A stretch of DNA of 64,000 bases from Macrostomum lignano (lineage: Eukaryota), in NCBI GenBank assembly GCA_002269645.1, contig NIVC01000309.1, forward strand, positions 124,001-188,000, written 5' to 3'. Of the stretch, positions 50,577 to 60,476 are shown in pieces; position 1 is the first letter of the stretch; each line of letters opens with the position of its first letter. The translations under genes and the position numbers were made by a program. Below the pieces are notes generated by a model. The model saw only the letters and a program-made list of their open reading frames with translations. It had not been told where the DNA came from and ran no database searches.

Positions 50577-51988
50577 TCAGAGTTCTTGCTCATCCCAGGA
50601 CCATCCCGTCCGCTTGGATATATGAGCACCAACTGCTGCTGGTTGAAACTTCTTTGGCTGCAATGCCGCATACCGCCAATTGTCAGTCTGCATCTCCGGC
50701 AGAGGTTGCTGCTTTTGAAGCTCACCAGCTCTAGCTGTGTTGTCTTGTTTGCCTGATGCTAATCTTGGCTGCCAATGATTTACACCGTCGAGTTTCTGGT
50801 CCTTGCTAGCTGATGCTTGAATCCCAGCTGGTAGTTGGTCAGGTGTTGCTTGTCGCTGATACAGAGGCGACTGTACTGGTTCTGGCTGACTCCAGTGATG
50901 CGACCTGTAGATGAATTGGTATAGGTGTCTTGTTTACTCTTGGAATGGCTCAACATTTCTTCTTTTGGATCCAACTTTCACTATAACCATTCTTCACGCA
51001 AATGATGTTAAAAAATTAAATCTTAACGACCTTGCTGCATTCTGGCGTCTTTAAAACATCCTGTATGTGGATATTACAAACGTATAATAAGGAAATCGTT
51101 TGAAAAGATAGTAACTTTGAGTTCCTACTTTTAACAGGTTTGAATTTTGAAGCTGTGAAAGCGACTGTTTGGCATCAAGCAAATAAATAAAGCAATATGA
51201 TCTTCCTATGTAGGAGTCCCTCGTTCCAAGATTGATTATAAAACTTCTGCATAGAAATACAATCTTGTATACAAAGCCTGCCAGCATACTTTGATGATGA
51301 CTCCTGTTGTAATTTGAGTTGTTCAAGTTGCTCGCCCAGACGACGAACGCTGTCCTCCATACGTTTGAGACTTCTCGATACTGCGCGCTCTTTTGTTCTC
51401 CAGCCTTCGTCATCAGTTAGTTGATCTAAGTTGACGCGCTGAGTAGAGTGGTCGATTGGCACAAGTGACACCGTAGCCCGGTGATGTTGCGTCTGGTACT
51501 GCTGGCCATTTCCTTCGTACGTGTAGCCTCCGCCTGTTTGAGCTAGCCTCTTGAGTCGATTGGCTAGATTTATCTGAGCACAGCAACGACAGCCAGAGCT
51601 GCTCATAGTGTAGCTTGTGTTTTGATGTCGCTTCTGCTGCTTATTCTTCTGCGGCTGAAGATATTCGGATATCAGTTTGTTAACTCGATCGTTTTCCATT
51701 ATTGCTGAATTGGATCTGTGGCTATGCTCCGGTGTCAGGCGTTCCGTAGTACTGATTGGCTGAAAGATAGGGGTCGTGCATCGTACATAGTTGCGCACAA
51801 GTCGTAGCATGATTTCCAAATATTCTTACCTTTGTTAATTCGCCCTTGTTTTCACTTGTATCGGTAACGATTTGGCTTATACTATCTAGCCTTTCGATCG
51901 TCTCTTCCAAGCCTTTGGCTTTATCTATCGCTCGTCGCTCCGACTCCTTTAAGCCTATTTCAAACTTGACTGTCTTTTGCATGTCCAT
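50577..51988 (-). CDS. Uncharacterised coiled-coil/Q-rich protein, about 318 aa; exons 51988-51830, 51759-51290, 50904-50577 (possible extra upstream exon near 52210-52065)
   Basis: Phase-consistent GT-AG junctions (0,2) give one open frame ending at TGA 50577-50579; no recognisable domain. Confidence 0.6.
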
Positions 51989-52695
51989 TTTAACTGGAAA
52001 GAGATTGCTATCGAAGATAAGGTCGATTGCTCTATTAAAAGTTTGCTATAAGCAGTTTTTGTCACGGCTAACTAGAGCGCGTTCGTCTCTGCTTTGCTGC
52101 TTTGCAAAACTGCTTTGCTGCGTTCGTTGCCTTGTCACTTCTTGCTGTTTATAGCTGTACTGGAAAGTGTCCTTTGTACTTTTCCTTCCTCTGAGCCATT
52201 CATCCATCCAGTTCCATGCTTTACAGGGAACAACCAAAGTGCAGTGCAGTACTTCCATCGCTGCACGTGTTTGTATTGACTAGCTTTTTAACACGGAAAT
52301 TGACTTCCGGTTTTACTCTTCTAGAAAGGCTTGTCTATATCCCCATATGTACCTTCTCTGCACATGCATTTAGCCCATATTTGCTCTTATTGTGCAAACT
52401 AGAAATATGGGTAACTAGCTTGAAAACTAGCACGACTTGCAGAGTCAGGTTCGTGTTTATTAATGGAAGTAAATAGGACTGCGATTCTGGTTATTTTGTT
52501 TAAACTGTTTGCACTAGGTTTAGCATTTTCCACTCACCCATTTTCCCCATAGTAGCTACGCAGTTTACTTGTGTCTAGACAAAACTTTTCGTCATTTTCA
52601 CATGAATGCATGCTATAAATTCTTTGAGGCCTACTGTGAGTAGCCAGATCTAGAAAAAAAACACCGATTTTTATACAAAATAAAATCAATAAAAA

Positions 52696-53166
52696 ATGTC
52701 GCAGCCAAGTTCAGCGGTCATTGTGGAAGGCGAGGCGCCAGAATCGGACGATGAAGAGCAGCAGCTGACTGACTCGCCATCCTCCGATGTCAGTTCAAAG
52801 AAATCGACTGCTCCAACTGTTGCAAAAGAGGCCATAGCAACAGAGCACGGGGCGCAGTCTCGGCTGCAGCAGCAGCAGCAGCAAAAGACTAGCCAGCAGG
52901 AGCAGCAGCGTCGCTACGCTAGCAGCGCGTTGCACGCCAGATTTTTTCAAGACGCCGGCAAACTGCAATCCGCGCTGGTTGCTAGGCGAGCGTCAACCTA
53001 CGAGGCGGCTACTAAAGAGCTGCGCGGAGTTGCTAGCCAATTAGCTAAGACGCACGCGTGCATTCAGGATGCCTCGCATGCGCTGCGGCTGACTACTAAT
53101 GATCTGTACAAGCTTGACGACCGGCTGCAAGCCCTGACTAAGACTGACTGGCTGGCTGGCTTGTGA
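52696..53166 (+). CDS. BLOC1S3: BLOC-1 complex subunit 3-like
   Basis: N-terminal VIVEGEAPESDDE plus a C-terminal coiled coil (LRGVASQLAKTHACIQDASHALRLTTNDL). Confidence 0.72.
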   Translation: MSQPSSAVIVEGEAPESDDEEQQLTDSPSSDVSSKKSTAPTVAKEAIATEHGAQSRLQQQQQQKTSQQEQQRRYASSALHARFFQDAGKLQSALVARRASTYEAATKELRGVASQLAKTHACIQDASHALRLTTNDLYKLDDRLQALTKTDWLAGL

Positions 53167-53509
53167 ACGGCTATATTAAACTGATAGTTTTCACACTTTG
53201 CTACAAATTACTCGCAAAACTTTCACTAACTCACTCGTTAGATCATACATTGTTCAGTCGGTTTTTTAGTGCTTTCCAATACTATATGTGTACTATATGT
53301 AAACTTTATGGTTTTTGATAGATTGTCTGTCTCGTTAAAGTATATGATTATCTTTTGTATATAATTCAACCTATTTATGATTTTCAATATCTAAAAACTG
53401 AAATTAGAAAGTGTTCGATTTGATTTTAAGAAAATTTCAGGAGGATCCTATAATTCATGGAGGCTATAATTAATCCTAGCAATAATTAGACTGAGGAATA
53501 GATCAGCTA

Positions 53510-53830
53510 CCCAACAACAGACTAGGGGATAGAGCGACTCCCTAGCAATAAACTGAGGGATAGAGAGGCCCCCTTTACAACAGACTGAGAGATAGAGAGG
53601 CCCCCTCTACAACAGACTGAGGGATAGAGAGGCCCCCTCTACAACAGACTGAGGGATAGAGAGGCCCCCTCTACAACAGACTGGGGGTAGAGAGGCCCCT
53701 CTAGAACAGGCTGGGGGATAGAGGCCCCTCTACAACAGACTGGGGGGTAGAGAGGCCCCTCAACAACAGACTGGGGGGTAGAGAGACCCCCTCAACAACA
53801 GGCTGGGGATAGAGCGGCTACCCAACAACA
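53510..53830. repeat. Tandem repeat of about 30 bp (GAGGCCCCCTCTACAACAGACTGAGGGATAGA)
   Basis: Directly visible between BLOC1S3 and COQ2. Confidence 0.9.
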
Positions 53831-53882
53831 TATTTTCAAGTTATTGAAATTGCAACTTCATTAACCCCATGGATTTCTTCAG

Positions 53883-56800
53883 TTGTCCAAAGCCACAGCT
53901 CGATTTGGTAGCAGCCTTGCCGCCACCGCGCGCTCAGTTGCTGGTCATAGGCTGAGTACCAACTGCTTATTGTTGAGTCAGTCATTTTCGCCGGCGCTTT
54001 GTAGGCGATGGGTAGCAACGGAGCCGGCAATTTTCTCGTCCACCGCAGCGTCAGTTTACACGGTTGCTAGGCGACAGAAACACACAGATTTGCGCCCGCC
54101 AAAGCCAACAATTGCTTATCGACTAGTGGCCTCAGCGCCAGCCGGTCTGCAACCTTACCTGAGACTGGCTCGATTAGATAGGCCTATTGGCACCTGGCTA
54201 TTGTACCTGCCTTGCGCTTGGAGCATCACCTTGGCAACTCCAGCTGGCCTGCTGCCAGATCCGCTTGTGCTGGGCCTATTCGGCTGCGGCGCCCTGCTGA
54301 TGCGAGGCGCCGGCTGTACTATGAATGACATTTTAGATAGGTGAGCCGGACAGAGAGTAGGGGAGGGAGAAGAAAAAGGAGATGAGAGATGAGAGGCGAG
54401 ATGAGAGGAGGGAGGAGAGGAGAAAAGAAAGGAGAGAGAGAGATGGGAGGAGAGGGGATAGGAGAGAAGAAAGGAGATGAATGGGATGAGAGAAGAAAAG
54501 AGAGGAAAAGAGAGAGATGAGAGGAGAAGGGAGAGAGGGGAGAGAGAAGAGAGAGAGATAGAGCTGTGAAGAGAAGCGGGATTAGTATTGGGAAGTTTCA
54601 AGAACCCAAAAGGGTTGCATAGTGAGGCTTTGCGGCCGCATGCTGTAACATTGCTGCTATTAGTATTGGCCAGTGCTGAACAACTAAGGTTGGGACACTT
54701 AACCAAAGCAGGCTACTAATAGTATTGAAAATTGAATGTCTCTCCTACTCAGGGATTATGACAAGCGCGTAGAACGCACCGAGGACCGGCCGATACCTTC
54801 AGGCCAGGTGACTGTGCCCCGAGCTACAGCTTTCCTAATTGGCCAATCGCTGCTGGCCGCTTGCGTTCTGTTTCAATTCGACTGGTTCACCGTTGGTTTG
54901 GGCGTCGCTTCGCTCGGCTTAGTTGCCACTTATCCGCTGTTTAAACGGTTCACTTATTGGCCTCAGGCGGCGTTGGGTATGCCTTATTTATCGGTTTCAT
55001 TTCTTCTTAATTATCTTCTAATTTATAAAAGAAAGCCCTGGCACTATTGAAAAGTCGCTGCTAGTAAGCAACTTCCCTCGGATCTCCCTTGCAACTTGCT
55101 CGACTCTGCGTAACCAGAAAATAGAATGAATCAAATGAGGTTTTACCATAGACTCAGGGGTCGACAAACTTTTTTCCTTTAAGTGCCAGATAAAGAATCT
55201 TGACCATTACTGTGGGCCAGATGAGAAAGAAAATGAATGGATAGAGAGAGAAGAGAAAAAAGAAAATGAGAGATGCGATGAGAGAAGAGGAGAGGAGAGA
55301 GATGAGACGAGAGAGGAGAGGAGTAGAGAAAAGAGAGGAGGGGAGAGAGGACTGAGAAGAAAAACAAACTTTGAGCGGGCCAGATTGCTATTTTGAAGTT
55401 TCAGAGGACCGAGGGCGGGCCAGAGTTTGCCGTCCCCCTGCCATAGACAACAGACCATTGCACTACTGCGGTATGGAGTGAGGATCGTTCTTAGTTAGAT
55501 AAAGAGGCAAGGGACTGTGTACACCCTGACATTGTCACACAACCGGCGTGAGGCTTTGCTGCTCCTTCCGCCGACTCCCCTGAGCAGGCACACAAGCGCG
55601 CGGATACGTACGCAGTCACACGCACAGGCACACACTCAGACAGGAGTGTACAGCGGCCCCTAACTTTATTTATCATTAGGCATGTACACTTCACTGTGCC
55701 TTGGGGTTGGCCCTCAAGGGCGTTAATTGGACGATCAGAGCCAAGCCGAGACTTCAATTTAGCCCAGAAAAATTAATGTAACTGCACTTGGAATCGAGCC
55801 TGGGCCGCTGACACGTCAGAGCGCCGCGCTAGACCACTGGGTAGATCAAGGAAACAAAAAAATAGCAAGGCCTGTCATTAACTAAAGTTCACTAAATAGT
55901 TGAACTTCTGCTGCTGTAGTGCGATGAAACCTCACTGCTAGGTGTCTATCTAGTACTTATCCAAAAAACTTACCTTGCGCGTCACAGGAGTTACACTCAA
56001 CTTCGGCATTCTGATTGGTTACTCAGCTATTCAAGCTCACTGTGATTGGCCAGTAGTGTTGCCACTGTACGGAGCGGCTATCCTGTGGACTATGATTTAT
56101 GACACAATCTATTCGCATCAAGTATGAATTTATAATATTGTACACAATACTTAACAACCTTATCTACGAGTGCCTCTGTTGTGTGCGTTTTTTTCTAGAG
56201 TTATTTTAACTCCCAATAGAACACCTACAGTTGCGTTTAGCTCCTAGCTGCATAGCAACTAGATTTAGTTATTTTTGTATCCTGTTGTTTAACACTGTCA
56301 AGCCAGTTACCATGGACCATTGTGGGACACTTTTTGTTTCTTAGGAAACTTTTCAAGGCTGTGTTCTATATTCCATACAAGTTGATTCTCATATCGTTGG
56401 ATTTTCTGCCAAACTTTGCAAACGGAGAAGCAAAAAAAACTATAAATATTCTGCACAGTCTACTATTGTGGTGAAGGTTTCAATAGATAAGCATCGCATT
56501 TTAATGATATAATATATAATTGTCGATAGGTTGTAGCCTAACGGTTAGAGTGTCGAACTCATTACTGAAAAGTCCGGGGTTCGATTCTCAACCCACTCGG
56601 AACAATTTGTGTCCTTTAGCAAGACACTTAACTCTGCATTGCTTCAGTTCACCCAACTGTAAAATGGGTGCCAGCATTAGCTGGGGTAATTGAGGGTGTG
56701 TGTGCCGACCCCCCCCTCCCCCCAGTCCTTGGACTGGACAGCCTTATTACCAAAAGCTCCTGTGTGTTATATCTTTGAAGAATCTTTTTCAAGCATTTCT

Positions 56801-59397
56801 GGAACAACAAACCTCTAAGAAGTTTTCTAAGAAAATGTAGTGCCCACTCTGTACTTCTACTTGCAGTAGTTCTTAAAATGCTTGCGCGCCGCTGTCTGCC
56901 GTGTGTTTACTTATCTTGACGCACATAAACTTTAGGATTGCTAAATACCTACTTACAGTAATCAACAAATTAGTTGTCTTGCATTTTGAAATTGTTTTGT
57001 AAACATCTCTATAAAATATGACTGATATTCCTACTTAGTAGTAGCAAAAAGTATTTTACTAGTTTTTCTTCGCTTTTCTGTGGCGCTCCAGCTCCCAGTT
57101 CTGTCACCTGTTGTGTGGAGCGATCAGGCTTTCATATTCTATTTGGATAGCTTTTATCTGGATATCACAGTGAGCTGAGTAGCCTCAAATCTCTGAAATG
57201 AGCTTGAGAATTAACTATAATAATGGAACTGCATTTATTCACAGTATCGTTCGACATAAACATGTTGTTTTATTAAAGAACATTTTCAACTCTTTCACAG
57301 GCTTCACATTTAACTATGGGGCTCTGCTAGGCTATGCAGCACTAACTGGCACTATCGACTTGTCCGTTTGCCTGCCCCTGTATGCTGCCGGCTTTTGCTG
57401 GACAATGGTCTATGACACCATCTATGCTCACCAGGTGACCGAACTGGGAACTGGGAGAGATTTCTACTTTATCCAGTTATTGTTTTATATTATTCTAATC
57501 ATTTTATGTTATCTTATATTTTACAAAGTATATCAAATTAAAAGCTTCACTTTTTGTATTCTCTACTTAGAGTAGGCTATTTAGCTTTTGAAACATTTCG
57601 CCAAATAATCAATATAGGAATGTGATTGGCACTATGCTTGTGTATTAAGTTACACTAATTGTTGTTAAACGAGGGTGGGAAGCCGGTGGCAACCCGCGGA
57701 TCAGCCCTGAATTGGGCTCTGCCGCTGAGGGGCACTTCCCGAGATACCCACATGGTTGGGCCCCGACGTCTAGGCCAGGGGAATTTTGGAGCTACTAACC
57801 CAAGCCTATGGCACAAGACACCGCCAACCCAAAAGTGGAATCAGGGACGGTGCTAGGACCGAGTCCACCCAGGCCACCCACCCAGCAGACAAGTCCTCGG
57901 GAGTTCACGAAAAACAGAATTGGAAATGAAAAAGCTTAGTATACTACTGAAAGCCGTCCAAGAGCGGGGAAACCCAGAAGTCTTGGAATAGGGCTTAACT
58001 ATTGGAGCGAGTCTGGAAGGCTTGTATCCGAGGGCGAGTCTCCCATCAGGCAGGATATTGCGACTACCTATGGGGCTGCAAGCCCAAGGGTATCACCTAT
58101 CCAGCTCAATATTGGAGGCCAGGCCAAGGGATCGGGAAGGGGCACAAGGAGCAAGAGGACCCGGACTCAGCCGGTATCCCCGGTTCGGGACGAACATCCT
58201 TCCCAGGACACCAATCCACTGTCAGGATGAGAGCCAGAGACACTTAGGCAGGGAGACAACCAGAGGAGCCAGCAGTTGGACCAAGGACAGAGCAGGATGG
58301 ACCGGGCAGGGAGGGCAGAGCTCATAACTCCAGATATTGGATGGCTTCGAGGCCTAAAATTAAGATAAAACCAATAAAACTGGGGATAAAAACAATGGGA
58401 GGAGCACCCGAACAGCACCCTGCAGCCTACCCCCCCCCCCATAGCCTGCAGCCCGGGGCTCAGCCTCAGGGCTCAGCCTCAGGGCTGGCATCAACTGGGC
58501 TCTACCGTACACCTTCGTGAATGGTCATTCTTTCCTGCAGGGCGGGTACGACCGGGGGGCTCAAGTCCCGTTCTAGCCACACTGCAGTCCAGAGTACACA
58601 CTCACTCCAGGTACACCCCCCCTAAACCAAGGCCGAGGGCCGAAATAATTGGAGAGAAAAGTAGGGTTATTTTTAGAATGGGCACAGCCCCTCCGGGGCG
58701 GACCCTTTGAAAATTGGGCTAGCCGAAGCCAGGCCAATCGGATTGCGCACAACCCTTAGACAAGCTACCAGAGAGGCAACCAGGGTAGAAACAGTCAGAG
58801 AGTTACACTAATTACGAAGAAATATTGTCAATGCGTTTATTTATTGTTTTATTGTTATTTGCAGCTGTTTAATTATTATTTATCACCAGGCTTTGTTGCG
58901 CATGGGTGTCTCGAAACGCACGTTTTTAACGCCTTTTTTAAAACCAAAAATGCTTATTTCGCTTTTCATCACCTTACTAACAGTAGTTTTAACTACCGAA
59001 ATAGTTTGTACTTTAATTGATTGTGCTATGTAAATTGTAGGACAAGGAGGACGATCTCATGGTTGGCGTTAAGTCTACCGCTTTGCTGTTTGGCGACGCG
59101 ACAAAATCCTGGCTGACCGGCTTCACTCTGGGCATGTCGCTGCTTCTGGCCACGGCTGGCGCCAACGCAAACTGCGGCCTGTTTTATCACGCCGGCGCGT
59201 TGTACGCCTCGCTGCACCTTGCCCAGCAGGTGGCCAGCGTTCAGTTGGACAATCCGGCCGACTGCTTGGCCAAGTTCAAGTCCAATAGGAATCTGGGATT
59301 GGCCTTCTGGCTGGCTATCGTGCTGGACAACTTCTTTGGCCTGCCCGTGCCCGGCTTTGGGGGCGGCTTTGAGGAGTCTCTGTTTGCTGATGACTGA
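53883..59397 (+). CDS. COQ2: 4-hydroxybenzoate polyprenyltransferase COQ2; exons 53883-54340, 54753-54976, either 55988-56121 or 57301-57434, then 59041-59397
   Basis: [64 protein letters not shown](S/A)HQDKEDD..GVKSTA; junction phases 2,1,0. Confidence 0.95.
55154..55440. mobile_element. hAT-type MITE with a GA-rich interior
   Basis: Imperfect TIRs TCAGGGGTCGACAAACT / AGTTTGCCGTCCCCCTG. 8-bp TSD CCATAGAC at 55146-55153 and 55441-55448. Confidence 0.82.
55488..55850 (-). mobile_element. Longest SINE family A copy: tRNA-like head, body and short CTAA tail
   Basis: On the minus strand: A-box-like ACCCAGTGGTCTAG, B-box-like GGCTCGATTCC, body shared with 13440-13623, ending TCTAACTAA. Confidence 0.7.
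55988..56121 (+). CDS. COQ2: COQ2 mutually exclusive exon 3, rhodoquinone-type (GVTLNFG...YDTIYSHQ)
   Basis: Acceptor TCACAG, donor CAA|GTATGA, 134 nt, open in the required phase. Missed by the ORF track. Confidence 0.88.
56529..56760 (+). mobile_element. CORE-type tRNA SINE
   Basis: A box TAGCCTAACGG and B box GGTTCGATTC, then GTGTCCTTTAGCAAGACACTTAAC...CTGTAAAATGGG matching the MIR CORE consensus pattern. Confidence 0.82.
57301..57434 (+). CDS. COQ2: COQ2 mutually exclusive exon 3, ubiquinone-type (GFTFNYG...YDTIYAHQ)
   Basis: Acceptor TTTCACAG, donor CAG|GTGACC, 134 nt, same phases as the other exon 3. Confidence 0.9.
57661..58800. mobile_element. 1140-bp GC-rich non-coding insertion with 13-bp TSD (probable retroelement derivative)
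   Basis: AGTTACACTAATT at 57648-57660 and 58801-58813; no TIRs and no credible ORF. Confidence 0.7.
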
Positions 59398-59749
59398 CTG
59401 TGTCTGTCTGTATTTTCAAGGCTTTCGCTAGACCGAGTTTTGTTATAGCTTAGACTTCATGGCTCTTATCAAATTTTGAGCTTTTTAGCATTTCGATTCT
59501 ATGTTTGGTAATGTAGTTGCGACTATGTTGTGTGAGTTTTATCCTCGTATGAATGTACAATACTGTTAAAGCAAACGTGTTGATTTTGGATGTACCATCA
59601 CATGGTTAAATGCATCTTTTATATCGCTTTTTTAAGCAAAGTTAATGTTAGATTTTAGACGAAAAAATTTCAGCTGTAGCTAAAAAGATTTAGTAGTCGT
59701 TTTCAATCTTCTTTTTATTTACGAGCGTACATGCTTCTTTATCTATTGG

Positions 59750-60140
59750 CGCACCCACCTCACTCCACCACTGCCCCGTGGGCTGTACATTTGTGCACCC
59801 ACCTCACTCCGCCACTCTATCCCTTTGGCTGTAAAATAGCGCACCCACCTCACTCTGCCACTCTCTACCCTAAGCTGTACATTAGTACACCCACCTCACT
59901 CCGCCACGGCCCCGTTGGCTGTTCATTTGCGCCCCAAATCACTCCCGCCACTCTGTCCCCTAGGCTGTATAATAACGCATCCACCTCACTCCGCCACTCT
60001 GTCTCCTAGGCTGTACATTAGCTTACCCACTCCACTCCGCCACTCTGTCCCCTAGACTGTACATTATTGCATTCACCTCAATCCGCCACTCTGTCCCCTA
60101 GGCTGTACATTAGCTTACCCACCTCACTCTGCCTCTCTCT
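59750..60140. repeat. Degenerate tandem repeat of about 45 bp (CACCTCACTCCGCCACTCTGTCCCCTAGGCTGTACATT..)
   Basis: The same family recurs at 62925-63215 and at the window end. Confidence 0.88.
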
Positions 60141-60476
60141 CCCAGACTTCAGGTTGGTAAGCTCACCCTTTTTGCCTAAGTCGTTTACTTCCTACATTGA
60201 AATCATTTTTTTTACTTTCATGAAAATCACTTCGTTTTTAACAAAATAGTTTTAGCTTGTTCAGGCAAAATTATTGTTTCAAACGAAGCAAACCAGATCA
60301 ATAAAGTTCAGACGCTGTCATGCAACAGCTAGGCAAGGAAACATCTGCTGCTCTTGCTACTACTAGCAGTGCCACCTCGACGGCAACAGCGGCCGCTTCA
60401 TGACTGTTCGATCCAGTGTCAACTCCAGCTGCTAGTCTAACTTAATCGCAGTTTAATAACTGATCGGATTAGCGCG

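Noticed and set aside
55790-55850. Functional tRNA gene
   Set aside because: A and B boxes are present but the acceptor stem cannot be formed, and the sequence continues into a shared SINE body. The same applies at 56529.
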